Below, in pieces: positions 1 to 9,572 of a stretch of DNA of 64,000 nt (its first letter is position 1; every line of letters begins with the position of its first letter). A program made the position numbers and the translations under genes. Origin of the DNA: an uncultured Bacilli bacterium (GTDB lineage Bacteria > Bacillota_I > Bacilli_A > RF39 > UBA660). Under the pieces are notes generated by a model, which was given only the letters and a program-made list of their open reading frames with translations, was not told the DNA's origin and searched no databases. Where the stretch lies: NCBI GenBank assembly GCA_934155185.1, contig CAKPGT010000001.1, positions 21,684 through 85,683 of the forward strand, written 5' to 3'.

Positions 1-1
1 T

Positions 2-913
2 GCTTTTACTAAAATTAAGAATTACATTAATAATGACGGGATTGTTTTTGGCAACGGTGCTGGTTCTATAATATTTGGTCAATGTATTGGCACAGATAAT
101 TATGATTTAAGAGATGATGCAAGTTTAGAAGAACAAATGGGATTTGATGCTGTGAATTATTATTCATTGATATGCCATTTTTCAAATCAAGATAGTCAAA
201 AGCCAAAATTAAATATGGAATACTTGATAGAATTATCAAAAAAAGAAAAAATAGTTGCGCTACCAGAAGAAGTAACTTTATATATTCATGACGGTATTTT
301 TGATATATTAGGAAATAGGCCATTTTATATTTTTGAAGGCGGAAATAAAATAACATATAATGCTTTAAACAATAGAATTAGTGAATTTAATAAAATTAAA
401 ACTGATGAAGAGCTAATGGATTTTATGAATAAAAACATTACTTATGGCTGGCAAGAAAATAATGGTGGACTGCACTTTAATAATCTTACTGATTTTAGAC
501 AAAATTATATAGTTAACTCTATAGAGCTTGCATTATTTAATGGACTTGGAACCTGTATAGAGCAGGCAAAAATTATAAAAGCATTTTTTGACAGAATTGG
601 TTTAGAAAATAAATTATTTTGTCATAGAGGTTATGAGACTGAAGAAAACTTTGACAAAGATGTTAGAATGCATTGCTTTGTACTATTTAAATACAATAAT
701 ATATGGTATCACTTTGAACATTCTAATAGACCAAAAAGAGGAATACATCCGTATGAAAGTATAGAAAAAGCATTAGAAGATATAACAAGTGATTTCGAAA
801 AACAAGATATCAGAGTGTTAACTGAAATACCAGATATTCCGGATAATATAACATTTAAGGAATTCAATAAGTATGTGAATTCTTTTGACAGAACTTATAC
901 AAAATTAAAATAA
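2..913 (+). CDS. 5'-truncated two-domain protein: peptidase S51 / class-I amidotransferase-like N-part joined to a transglutaminase-like Cys-His C-part
   Basis: Frame 2 is open from the window edge into the listed 137..913 ORF. The N-part (AFTKIKNYINNDGIVFGNGAGSIIFGQ...ICHF) resembles an S51 core. The C-part has GLGTCIEQAKIIKAFF, MHCFVLF and WYHFEH, a transglutaminase-core-like Cys/His arrangement. Confidence 0.45.
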   Translation, partial: AFTKIKNYINNDGIVFGNGAGSIIFGQCIGTDNYDLRDDASLEEQMGFDAVNYYSLICHFSNQDSQKPKLNMEYLIELSKKEKIVALPEEVTLYIHDGIFDILGNRPFYIFEGGNKITYNALNNRISEFNKIKTDEELMDFMNKNITYGWQENNGGLHFNNLTDFRQNYIVNSIELALFNGLGTCIEQAKIIKAFFDRIGLENKLFCHRGYETEENFDKDVRMHCFVLFKYNNIWYHFEHSNRPKRGIHPYESIEKALEDITSDFEKQDIRVLTEIPDIPDNITFKEFNKYVNSFDRTYTKLK

Positions 914-1027
914 ATCTTTAACGGTGGAAGGCTATAAAAATATAGATAAATATAAAGGACAATCGTCGGTTTTGGAGGGTTTTGTGAGAGATAATGAATG
1001 GTATAATATGATGCTGGTATAGATAAA

Positions 1028-1288
1028 GCATATTCGTCTTTGCCTCCAGGTGAAAGAATAAGAGTTAATCTTGCTAAAATGGCATTAAATAACACTAATA
1101 TTCTTATATTAGATGAGGATTTGGACAGTGAAGCTTTAAACTTAATATATGAACTTATAGAGACGAATGAAGGAACCATAATAAGTATTTCACATAATAG
1201 AAAATATAATGATAAATTAAAAGCTGATTTGGATTTGAATGTTAAAAAGGGAATTGTAACAAGCGAAAGCTTAGAAAAACATAGATAA
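1028..1288 (+). pseudogene. ABC-transporter ATPase fragment (C-terminal part only)
   Basis: The ORF encodes LPPGERIRVNLAKMAL (degenerate LSGGQ signature) and ILILDE (Walker B) plus an H-loop-like SISHN. There is no Walker A and no upstream coding continuity; only about 85 codons remain. Confidence 0.6.
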
Positions 1289-1305
1289 TTTTTTATAATA
1301 ATTGC

Positions 1306-1452
1306 TTGACAAATAAGTTAAAAATTGTTATTTTATAAGCAATAAGTGAGTTTGAGTGTGATATTATATCTAGCCTCAAAGGGCAAATAAAGGCCTACAC
1401 GTACTTTAAATAAGCACGGAGTCACTATAGGAGTGACTTACGTGCTTTTTGT
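1306..1452 (+). promoter_or_regulatory. Promoter (TTGACA) plus a ~110-nt leader with mutually exclusive antiterminator/terminator helices upstream of two GNAT genes
   Basis: TTGACA lies at 1306-1311. The terminator is AAGCACG-(AGTCACT ATAGG AGTGACT)-CGTGCTTTTTG at 1412-1452. The upstream CACGTA (1399-1404) can pair with TACGTG (1439-1444) and compete with the terminator stem. Confidence 0.5.
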
Positions 1453-1481
1453 TTGTTACTCATAGATAGGAGGAAGAGATT

Positions 1482-2030
1482 ATGAAATATTTTAAGAAAT
1501 TTATAGGACATAGATTATATTTATCACCAATGAATATTTTAGATGTTGAAAAATATACCATGTGGATGAATGATAGAAGTGTAACGGATCCAACTGGTAG
1601 TACTGTTAAAATCATTTCTATAGAAGGAGAAAAAGAATGGATTACTAATGCAGGTAAAAATGGTGATGCAAACTTTGCAATAGTAGATATTAAAACTGAT
1701 GAACTTTTAGGTAATTGTTCATTAATGAATATTAATAGAATAAATAGAAGTTGTACAGTAGGAATTTTTATTGGAGATGAAGAAAATAGGAATAAAGGCT
1801 ATGGAAAAGAAGCGTTAAAATTACTTTTAAACTACGCTTTTAATTTTCAGAATATGCACAATGTTAATCTAGAAGTATTTTCTTTTAATAAAAGAGCAAT
1901 TAAGTGCTATTCGAAAGTGGGATTTAAAGAGTATGGAAGGAGACATGAAGTATACTTTTTAGATGGTAAATATCATGATAAGATTGAAATGGAAATATTA
2001 GAAGATAATTTTAGAAAAGAAAGTAATTAA
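1482..2030 (+). CDS. GNAT family N-acetyltransferase (RimJ/RimL-like)
   Basis: 182 aa with NKGYGKEALKLLLNYAF (acetyl-CoA-binding motif A-like). The RBS AGGAGG precedes the ATG. Confidence 0.75.
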   Translation: MKYFKKFIGHRLYLSPMNILDVEKYTMWMNDRSVTDPTGSTVKIISIEGEKEWITNAGKNGDANFAIVDIKTDELLGNCSLMNINRINRSCTVGIFIGDEENRNKGYGKEALKLLLNYAFNFQNMHNVNLEVFSFNKRAIKCYSKVGFKEYGRRHEVYFLDGKYHDKIEMEILEDNFRKESN

Positions 2031-2053
2031 TAATGACAGATAGAGGTGATAAC

Positions 2054-2830
2054 ATGATACACGTAAGAAGATATAAATATGGTGATGAATTTCAAATAAG
2101 TAAAATAATTACTAAAGATTTATATACTGAAAATATTAAAGATTATGAAGAAATTAAGATAAAAGAATTAGCTAATCAGCTAAATCAAGATTTTATTAAA
2201 AAAAGGGCAGAAGTATTTCATGCATACGTCGTGCTAGATGATGAAAAAATTATTGGAGTTGGAATGATAGGACCATATTGGGGTAGTTCTACAGAAAGTT
2301 CATTTTTTACTATATTTATAGATCCAGAATATAAAGGACAGGGAATTGGAAGAAAAATAATTGAAACTTTAGAAAGCAATGTATATTATAAAAGAGCTAA
2401 CAGATTAGAAATTCCAGCTTCTATAACAGGACTTAATTTTTATAGACACTTTGGATATGGCTTTAAAATAACTGATAAAGTTAATGGAAATATAGTAGAT
2501 GATGAAGGGGAATATAGGCTTGAAAAATATCCTAAAGAATCTTATGATAACAATCAAGATATTTATAATGTAAGACCGTACATTGATAATAAATATCATG
2601 AATTTGATGATTTAATATATAGTTTCATTAAGAAAAATTTTAAGGACTACAGCGATTTCAAGAAGTACATAGATTCTAGTACCAATGATTTATATATAAT
2701 AGAATATAACGGATTAAATATAGGATATTTTGATAGAAAAAACGTTAACAAGATTTATCTAATCAATGAGTATAAGGATAGTGACATAAAGGAAAATCTA
2801 AGAAAGCAATTAATACTATGGGGAAAATAA
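2054..2830 (+). CDS. GNAT-domain protein with an uncharacterised C-terminal extension
   Basis: YKGQGIGRKIIETLE is a motif A. I prefer the ATG at 2054 (RBS AGAGGTGA) over the ORF-track start at 2033. Confidence 0.65.
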   Translation: MIHVRRYKYGDEFQISKIITKDLYTENIKDYEEIKIKELANQLNQDFIKKRAEVFHAYVVLDDEKIIGVGMIGPYWGSSTESSFFTIFIDPEYKGQGIGRKIIETLESNVYYKRANRLEIPASITGLNFYRHFGYGFKITDKVNGNIVDDEGEYRLEKYPKESYDNNQDIYNVRPYIDNKYHEFDDLIYSFIKKNFKDYSDFKKYIDSSTNDLYIIEYNGLNIGYFDRKNVNKIYLINEYKDSDIKENLRKQLILWGK

Positions 2831-2908
2831 GAAACGAATATTTTTAAATATTAAATGTCTAGAAAAAAGTTGAAGAAATATATCCCCAAAAAATAAGGAG
2901 TTGATAAA

Positions 2909-4024
2909 GTGAAATGTGTATACCCAAATTATGATAATAGTTTGCTTAGTTTAATAAGCTCTATAGAAAATTATTATGGAATAAAAAATAATAGAAAAAC
3001 TTTAAAAATAGTAGATGAACAGTTAAAAAATGATTATAAGAATATAATAGTTGTTTTATATGATGGATTTGGCTATAACATATTAAAGAAAAATAAGGAT
3101 ATTACACCGTTCTTAAATGAGAATTTAAAGTGTAGGATATCTAGCGTATTTCCGCCTACTACAACAGCGGCAACTACTAGCGTAATAACTGGACTTAGCC
3201 CGGTGGAACATGGATGGCTTGGATGGGATATGTATATGAAAAAGTATGATTCCGTTGTAACATTATTTTTAAATTGTGAAAAAGAAAGCGGAGAAAAAAT
3301 AAAGGATTACCCCGGAACAAAAAATATTCTTAAAGTAGTTAGTGCAATGAAAAAAATTTCAAAAATAGATGGCCACCTTGGAAGCTGCGTATCACCATAT
3401 GGGAATGTTCCTTATAAAGATATTGATGAAATGAATGATAAAATAGTCGAAATAACTAAAAATGATAAGAAAAACTATATATATGCATATTATGATGAAC
3501 CGGATGGAACTATGCATGATTATGGAACAGATAGTATTGAAGCAAAAGAAAAGTTTAAATTAATAGACGAAAAATTTAAGCAATTATGTAAAAGAATAGA
3601 TGATTCACTTATAATTATGATTGCAGATCATGGACATATAAATATAAAAAATTGGATTACTTTAACAGATTATCCAGATATTATAGAATTACTAAAAGGT
3701 ACAACTGGCATTGATTCGCGTGCTTCTTCTTTTAGGGTTAAGGATGGTAAAGAAAAAGAATTTGAAGGAGCAATTAAAAAAGTAATAAAAGATGATTTCT
3801 TACTTTTAAGTAGTGAAGAGATAATCAAAAATAAGATATTTGGCGATGGAATAGAAAATCCTTTATTCAAGGACGGAATAGGAGATTATATTGCAGTAGC
3901 TATAAATGACAAGGCTATTAGGTATAGTGATAATCATGAAACATTTAAATCAGCACATGCTGGTATTACTGAAGATGAGGTTTACGTACCACTTGTTATG
4001 GTAAGTAAAAAAAGTACTAAATAA
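2909..4024 (+). CDS. Alkaline-phosphatase-superfamily protein (nucleotide pyrophosphatase/phosphodiesterase-like)
   Basis: VVLYDGFGYN, SVFPPTTTAATTSVITG (nucleophile Thr region) and IADHGH are typical of type I phosphodiesterase / PglZ-like AP-fold enzymes. GTG start after AAGGAG. Confidence 0.6.
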   Translation: MKCVYPNYDNSLLSLISSIENYYGIKNNRKTLKIVDEQLKNDYKNIIVVLYDGFGYNILKKNKDITPFLNENLKCRISSVFPPTTTAATTSVITGLSPVEHGWLGWDMYMKKYDSVVTLFLNCEKESGEKIKDYPGTKNILKVVSAMKKISKIDGHLGSCVSPYGNVPYKDIDEMNDKIVEITKNDKKNYIYAYYDEPDGTMHDYGTDSIEAKEKFKLIDEKFKQLCKRIDDSLIIMIADHGHINIKNWITLTDYPDIIELLKGTTGIDSRASSFRVKDGKEKEFEGAIKKVIKDDFLLLSSEEIIKNKIFGDGIENPLFKDGIGDYIAVAINDKAIRYSDNHETFKSAHAGITEDEVYVPLVMVSKKSTK

Positions 4025-4363
4025 AAATAGAAGTGGCTTAAAACACATAATCCAAGATTATTAATAGATGTAGATAATTCAATTAAAAATAATGTTAAAA
4101 TATATGAACCTATGATATCAGAAAAGTTTTAGAAACGAAAAAACTTAAATCAAACTTAATATTTAATATAGGGCTAAAAAGATATTCATCAACAAATTTA
4201 ATGGGTTCAAGAACTTAAAAAAGTAAGGCGTAAGTATGATTAAATAGTTATGCCTTATTTTTCTTTACATTGATATTGACAAATTAAAATTATATGTGTT
4301 ATAATCTTTACGTTGTCAAGTTGTTATATGTTTATAAAAATTGCATATAATAATTATGAAGTT

Positions 4364-4456
4364 GGAGGAATACCCAAGTCTGGTTGAAGGGACCGGTCTT
4401 GAAAACCGGGAGGTCGGGCAACCGGCGCGGGGGTTCGAATCCCTCTTCCTCCGCCA
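4364..4456 (+). tRNA. tRNA-Ser (anticodon UGA)
   Basis: Folds by hand: acceptor GGAGGAA/TTCCTCC, anticodon loop CTTGAAA, long variable arm, T-loop GGTTCGAATCC, encoded CCA. Confidence 0.9.
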
Positions 4457-4467
4457 TTTAATTATAT

Positions 4468-4544
<77 letters not shown>

Positions 4545-4553
4545 ATGATATTT

Positions 4554-4587
4554 AAAGTACATTTCTGTAAGATTTGTACTTTTTTTG
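4554..4587 (+). terminator. Intrinsic terminator after the tRNA-Ser/fMet pair
   Basis: AAAGTACA...TGTACTTT stem followed by a T-run. Confidence 0.6.
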
Positions 4588-4634
4588 TTCTAAACATTCA
4601 TATTAAAAATATAATAATACTACAGGTGAAATGA

Positions 4635-5045
4635 ATGATAGAAAGAAAAATATATGCAAAAGAAAATAAGAAAATAATTACTTTAAGAGTTTCAATAAAT
4701 AGTGAGAAGGTTTATAGAACAATAGCAAACTATGATTTTAAAAGCTTTAACAACGATAATTTTATACTGTTAATTAATAAAATAATAAATTCTGGTGATG
4801 ATATAACCTTAAGCCATTTAATAAGTGAATTATTAAATAATGATTTAATGGTAGATAAGTTCTTTTTACAAAAAATACTATCATGTTTCTATTTTGAAGA
4901 ACATAAAGCTAAGCTAGATTTAACAAAAGCTATATTAAATTATGAATACCATTTAAGCAATTTTAAAGGTAATGAATATTTTATAGATGATGATTTAGTT
5001 TTTGAAAGAATTAAAAAACTTCCATTTGTTAAAAACATAGACTAA
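4635..5045 (+). CDS. Hypothetical protein
   Basis: 136-aa ORF with no motif I recognise. Confidence 0.4.
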   Translation: MIERKIYAKENKKIITLRVSINSEKVYRTIANYDFKSFNNDNFILLINKIINSGDDITLSHLISELLNNDLMVDKFFLQKILSCFYFEEHKAKLDLTKAILNYEYHLSNFKGNEYFIDDDLVFERIKKLPFVKNID

Positions 5046-5095
5046 TTTTGAATACCACCGTAAGTATTTATTCATAATAATATTGGTGATATTAA

Positions 5096-6571
5096 ATGCA
5101 AAAAAGTTTGTGGCAAAAATATGGACAAAAAGTTAATTTAAGTAGTATAAAAAACGATCAAACAGCTGATATAGTAATTGTTGGCGGTGGAATAACAGGG
5201 CTTACTATAGCTTATAATTTGAAAGATTCAAAATATAAAATAATCCTTTTAGAAGCGGATGACTTTTTTTCGTCAACCACGTGTAAAAGTACTGGTAAAG
5301 TAACATACCTTCAGGATCTAAAATATAGTGATATAGAAAGTGTTTATGATTTTAATACTGCAAAGCTGTATTATGAATCACAAAAAGATGCAATAAAATT
5401 AATTAGAAAAACAGTTGAAGATAATTTAATAGATTGCGACTTAAGAAAAGTAAAAACGGTTACTTTTACAACGGATAATAGTGATATAGCAAAGTTTAAA
5501 AATGAGAAGAGTATTCTTGATAGATTAGGCGTTAAGTACTATGACGAGCCATTATCTTTTGATAAAAAAGATATAAAAGATTTTATAATGGTAAAAAATT
5601 CATATACATTTAATCCAGCAAAATATATAGGTGCATTAATTAAGATTCTAGATAACTCAAACGTAAAACTTTATCAGAAAAGTAGGGTAACTAAAATAAA
5701 GAAAGAAGATAAATTATACGTTTTGTATTCTAATGACTTTAAGATAAGTGCAAAGAAAATAATTGTTTCATGTCATTATCCATTTTTTACTTTACCAGGT
5801 TTTATCCCACTTAAAACCTATACAGAAAAATCTTATATATGTGCTACAAAAATAGAAGATGAAGATGATTATTCATGCATTTCGGCTAGTAAACCTGTTG
5901 TTTCATTTAGATATTATAATGATATGATAGATAAATACTTTATATATTTAAACTGTGTATCAAAAACATGTGATAGTTTAAATTACAAGAAAAATTATGA
6001 AAAGTGTACTTTATTATCAAAAGAAATTACTGGTAAAATGCCTAATTTTAAATGGACTAATATAGATGTTATGACAAATGATTTTATGCCAATAGTAGGA
6101 AGAATATCTGATACGGAAAAAAATGTATTTATAGCAACTGGATATAATACTTGGGGAATGACTAATGGTACTATTGCAGGTAAAATTATTTCAAACCTAG
6201 TTTTAGGAAGAAAAAGTAAATATGCTAATTTGTTTTCACCTAAAAGAAATATTGCAGTAAAAAAGGTAATTAATTTTGCAAAAAACACCCTTTTAGGGAG
6301 TGTTAAATCATATGGTTATACTTTAATAAGAAAGAATCCATCTTGGTATAAGAATAAGGCATATATAGAAAATGTAGATGGAAAAAGAGTAGGCATTTAT
6401 ATCGATGAAAAAGGTAGTAAACACATAACATCAAATACATGCCCACATTTAAAATGCCATCTAATATTTAATGAAATAGATAAAACCTGGGATTGTCCAT
6501 GTCATAGCTCCAGATTTGATATAGATGGAAATATAATAAAGGGGCCAAGTTCACATAATATAAAAACATAG
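5096..6571 (+). CDS. FAD-dependent oxidoreductase with C-terminal Rieske [2Fe-2S] domain (YhfW-like)
   Basis: The N-terminus DIVIVGGGITGLTIAY is a dinucleotide-binding motif. The C-terminus CPHLKCH...CPCHSSRF is a Rieske CxH...CxxH motif. Confidence 0.8.
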   Translation: MQKSLWQKYGQKVNLSSIKNDQTADIVIVGGGITGLTIAYNLKDSKYKIILLEADDFFSSTTCKSTGKVTYLQDLKYSDIESVYDFNTAKLYYESQKDAIKLIRKTVEDNLIDCDLRKVKTVTFTTDNSDIAKFKNEKSILDRLGVKYYDEPLSFDKKDIKDFIMVKNSYTFNPAKYIGALIKILDNSNVKLYQKSRVTKIKKEDKLYVLYSNDFKISAKKIIVSCHYPFFTLPGFIPLKTYTEKSYICATKIEDEDDYSCISASKPVVSFRYYNDMIDKYFIYLNCVSKTCDSLNYKKNYEKCTLLSKEITGKMPNFKWTNIDVMTNDFMPIVGRISDTEKNVFIATGYNTWGMTNGTIAGKIISNLVLGRKSKYANLFSPKRNIAVKKVINFAKNTLLGSVKSYGYTLIRKNPSWYKNKAYIENVDGKRVGIYIDEKGSKHITSNTCPHLKCHLIFNEIDKTWDCPCHSSRFDIDGNIIKGPSSHNIKT

Positions 6572-6574
6572 AGA

Positions 6575-7282
6575 TTATTTAATTTTATCTATTAAAAATC
6601 TTTTTTCAGGTATTTCGCTCTCCAAGAAAAAACTTTCACATATTTCTTTTGAGGTAGAGTTATCAAATAAACCATAATTATTTAGCATTATGTTTTTTCT
6701 TATCAAATTATAATTACATTCATTGACTAATTCAAATGTTAAAAGATTAAATAGAAGTATATCAAGTTCTTTTATAACTCCATATTTTTTGATAAATTCC
6801 TGAGTTATATCACTTCCATCTGATATTTTTATAGGACTATTATTATATGAGCAATTATCAAAATCTATAAAATAAGGAATGTTATCTTCCATAATTATAT
6901 TTGAACTTGAAATATCAGAGTGGATTATTCCATAAGAATGCATTTTTTTAATTTCATGCTTAATATTATCTAAGATTTGCACTTTATATCTTAAATCATA
7001 TTCCTCAAGAAAAGCTAGATCTTTTCCATTAAGTAATTTTGTTAAGTATCCACTTGTTTTGCCATCTTTTTTTATCCAAAACTGTGGCGTTACTAAAAAA
7101 TCTTCATCTATTTTATTTATCCTATTTAATTTTTGCTTTTTCCCGTGCAAAAAAGTAGCATCCTCAAATTCTTTATATGCATAGATGCTTCCATTATATA
7201 AACACTCATATATTTTTCCAAACGATCCGGAGGAAAATGCTTGTTTACTAATCTTTAAGCTATTATAATCAATTATTCTCAT
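6575..7282 (-). CDS. Small stand-alone protein-kinase-fold protein (Hanks-like)
   Basis: SGSFGKIY (Gly-loop), YAYKEF (VAIK-like Lys), GIIHSDISSSNIIM (HxD..N catalytic loop) and IDFDN (DFG-like). RBS AAGGGG. Confidence 0.6.
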   Translation of the reverse strand: MRIIDYNSLKISKQAFSSGSFGKIYECLYNGSIYAYKEFEDATFLHGKKQKLNRINKIDEDFLVTPQFWIKKDGKTSGYLTKLLNGKDLAFLEEYDLRYKVQILDNIKHEIKKMHSYGIIHSDISSSNIIMEDNIPYFIDFDNCSYNNSPIKISDGSDITQEFIKKYGVIKELDILLFNLLTFELVNECNYNLIRKNIMLNNYGLFDNSTSKEICESFFLESEIPEKRFLIDKIK

Positions 7283-7416
7283 AGAAATACCCCTTAATAA
7301 TTAATAATGACTAATATTTTAGCATAAAATAATAATAAGTAAAGAAAAAGATTAAAAAGTGCTTGACAAAGAAAATTATAAATAATATAATTATTAGCGT
7401 AATTGAGGTTACAAGT

Positions 7417-7492
7417 GCTTCAATAGCTCAGTTGGTAGAGCATCCGGCTGTTAACCGGCAGGTCGTAGGTTCGAGTCCTACTTGAAGCGCCA
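7417..7492 (+). tRNA. tRNA-Asn (anticodon GUU)
   Basis: Acceptor GCTTCAA/TTGAAGC, anticodon loop CTGTTAA, T-loop GGTTCGAGTCC, CCA. A TTGACA promoter lies at about 7364. Confidence 0.9.
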
Positions 7493-7502
7493 TTTAAAAA
7501 TT

Positions 7503-7527
7503 AAAGTAGCATAAGCTGCTTTTTTTT
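7503..7527 (+). terminator. Intrinsic terminator after tRNA-Asn
   Basis: AAAGTAGC ATAA GCTGCTTT stem-loop followed by a T-run. Confidence 0.65.
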
Positions 7528-7624
7528 GTTGTAATTTTTACAGAATATGTCAAAAAAACACTTTTTTGTTATAAATTTCATAAAATGTGATATAATCTAA
7601 ATATATTTATTAAGCAATGAAGAG

Positions 7625-7852
7625 GAAAAGTATTTAAATGATTCCTAAAAGAGAGCTGATGACGGTGAAATATCAGTAGGATAGTTTATTGAAAGAACAC
7701 CTTGGAGCTTCTTACCGAAATTTAATTAAAGTAGGCTAAGACGTAAGAAAACACGTTAAAGTATCTAAAGTGACTATTTTTAAAATAGTAAGCTGGGTGG
7801 TACCACGGATATAGACAGTTATTCGTCCCTATGGGATGCATAACTGTTTTTT
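7625..7852 (+). promoter_or_regulatory. T-box leader, Asn specifier (AAC)
   Basis: AGAGAG and GGTGAAA stem I motifs, specifier-loop GAAAG-AAC-A at 7696-7698, T-box sequence AAGCTGGGTGGTACCACGG (7790-7808) and terminator ACAGTTAT...ATAACTGTTTTTT (7815-7852). An extended -10 TGATATAAT lies at about 7588-7596. Confidence 0.9.
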
Positions 7853-7870
7853 AATTCTAGGAGGTTTATT

Positions 7871-9247
7871 ATGTTAGATGTAAAAGAATTATATGAAAAA
7901 ACAGAAGAGTACTTAGATAAGGAAGTTACTTTACAAGGATGGATTAGAAACCATAGAAAGCAAAAAGAGTTTGGGTTTATTGATTTTTCAGATGGAACAT
8001 GTTTTAAACATGTGCAACTTGTATATGATAACGAATCAAGTGATTTTGATACAATTCAAAAGTATCATATTGGAAGTGCAATAACAGTAGTTGGAGATGT
8101 TATAAAATCAGTAGGTAAGGGTCAAGACTTTGAAATTAAAGTATCTAGTATAAAATTAGAAGGAGATTGCCCAGAAGATTATCCTATGCAGCCCAAAAGA
8201 CATTCTAATGAATTCTTAAGAGAGCAAGCTTACTTAAGACCAAGGGTAAATTTATTTCAAGCTGTATTTAGAGTAAGAAGTGCATCCGCATATGCAATTC
8301 ATAAATATTTTCAGGATAGAGGATATGTATACTTTCACGCTCCTCTTATTACAGCAAGTGACTGTGAGGGAGCAGGTGAAATGTTTCAGGTAACTACACT
8401 TGATTTAGATAAAGTAGCTAAAAGTGGTAAGGTAGATTATTCTAAAGACTTCTTTGGAAAACAAGCAAATCTTACTGTATCAGGACAATTAGAAGCCGAA
8501 ACATTTGCACTAGCTTATAAAAAGACATATACGTTTGGACCAACTTTTAGAGCTGAAAATTCAAATACTAAAACACATGCTAATGAATTTTGGATGATAG
8601 AACCAGAAATAGCATTCTGTGATTTAAAAGGTGATATGGATATCATGGAAGATATGCTTAAATATGTTGTTACTTATGTTTTAGAGACATGCAAAAACGA
8701 ACTTGAATTCTTTGATAAGTTTGTTGAAAAAGGTTTACTAGATAAACTACATAAACTAGTTAATAGTAAGTTTACTAGAGTAACTCATGAAGAAGTTATA
8801 ACTATTTTAAAGAATGCTAAAGTAGATTTTGAATTTAAGCCAGAATATGGTGAAGATATAGCAAAAGAACATGAAAAATATATAACTGAATATTTTGATG
8901 GACCAGTATTTATAACAGATTGGCCAAAAGATATTAAGGCATTTTATATGAAACAAAATGATGATGGTAAGACAGTTGCAGCAGTAGACCTTGAAGTTCC
9001 TGGAGCTGGAGAACTTATGGGTGGCTCTCAAAGGGAAGAAGATTATGATAAACTTGTAAATAGAATGGAAGAGTTAAATATGCCAAAAGATGGTATGGAG
9101 TGGTATTTAAACTTAAGAAAATTTGGAGGATGCTATCATTCTGGATTTGGAATGGGATTTGAAAGATTATTAATATACCTAACAGGTGTTGAAAACATAC
9201 GTGATGTAATACCATATCCAAGAACACCGGGTAACTGCGATTACTAA
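7871..9247 (+). CDS. asnS: Asparagine--tRNA ligase
   Basis: Class IIb synthetase with FRAENSNTKTHANEFWMIEPE and the C-terminal GFGMGFERL motif. 458 aa, directly behind the Asn T-box. Confidence 0.9.
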   Translation: MLDVKELYEKTEEYLDKEVTLQGWIRNHRKQKEFGFIDFSDGTCFKHVQLVYDNESSDFDTIQKYHIGSAITVVGDVIKSVGKGQDFEIKVSSIKLEGDCPEDYPMQPKRHSNEFLREQAYLRPRVNLFQAVFRVRSASAYAIHKYFQDRGYVYFHAPLITASDCEGAGEMFQVTTLDLDKVAKSGKVDYSKDFFGKQANLTVSGQLEAETFALAYKKTYTFGPTFRAENSNTKTHANEFWMIEPEIAFCDLKGDMDIMEDMLKYVVTYVLETCKNELEFFDKFVEKGLLDKLHKLVNSKFTRVTHEEVITILKNAKVDFEFKPEYGEDIAKEHEKYITEYFDGPVFITDWPKDIKAFYMKQNDDGKTVAAVDLEVPGAGELMGGSQREEDYDKLVNRMEELNMPKDGMEWYLNLRKFGGCYHSGFGMGFERLLIYLTGVENIRDVIPYPRTPGNCDY

Positions 9248-9266
9248 TAAGAAAGGAGACTAAAGC

Positions 9267-9572
9267 GTGCAAAAAATAACAAGAGACAACATACAAGATT
9301 ATGCATTAAAACTTATGTTTAAGATGAAACAACAAGAATTTCCAGCTTTTGAAAAAGAGTTTGAAACAATACTAAAACATATGGATTTAATAACAAAAAT
9401 AGATGGAATAGAAAAGGTAGAACCAATGGTATTTCCATTTAAAAATAAAGATGCACACTTAAGAGATGATGTTGCAAATTCTCTACTTGAAACAGACGAT
9501 GCTGTTAAAAATGCTAAAGAAACAATTTATGATGAAGTAAAAGTGCCAAAGGTAGTTGGAGGTGAAAATTAA
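9267..9572 (+). CDS. gatC: Glu/Asp-tRNA amidotransferase subunit C
   Basis: About 100 aa, GTG start 8 nt after AAAGGAG, immediately precedes gatA with an ATGA-type overlap. Confidence 0.8.
   Translation: MQKITRDNIQDYALKLMFKMKQQEFPAFEKEFETILKHMDLITKIDGIEKVEPMVFPFKNKDAHLRDDVANSLLETDDAVKNAKETIYDEVKVPKVVGGEN

Noticed and set aside
1340-1370. A possible leader peptide (GTG AGT TTG AGT GTG ATA TTA TAT CTA TAG) in the GNAT leader.
   Set aside because: There is no RBS, the start is non-ATG, and there is no codon bias suggestive of a sensing peptide. An RNA-structure-based switch is more plausible.
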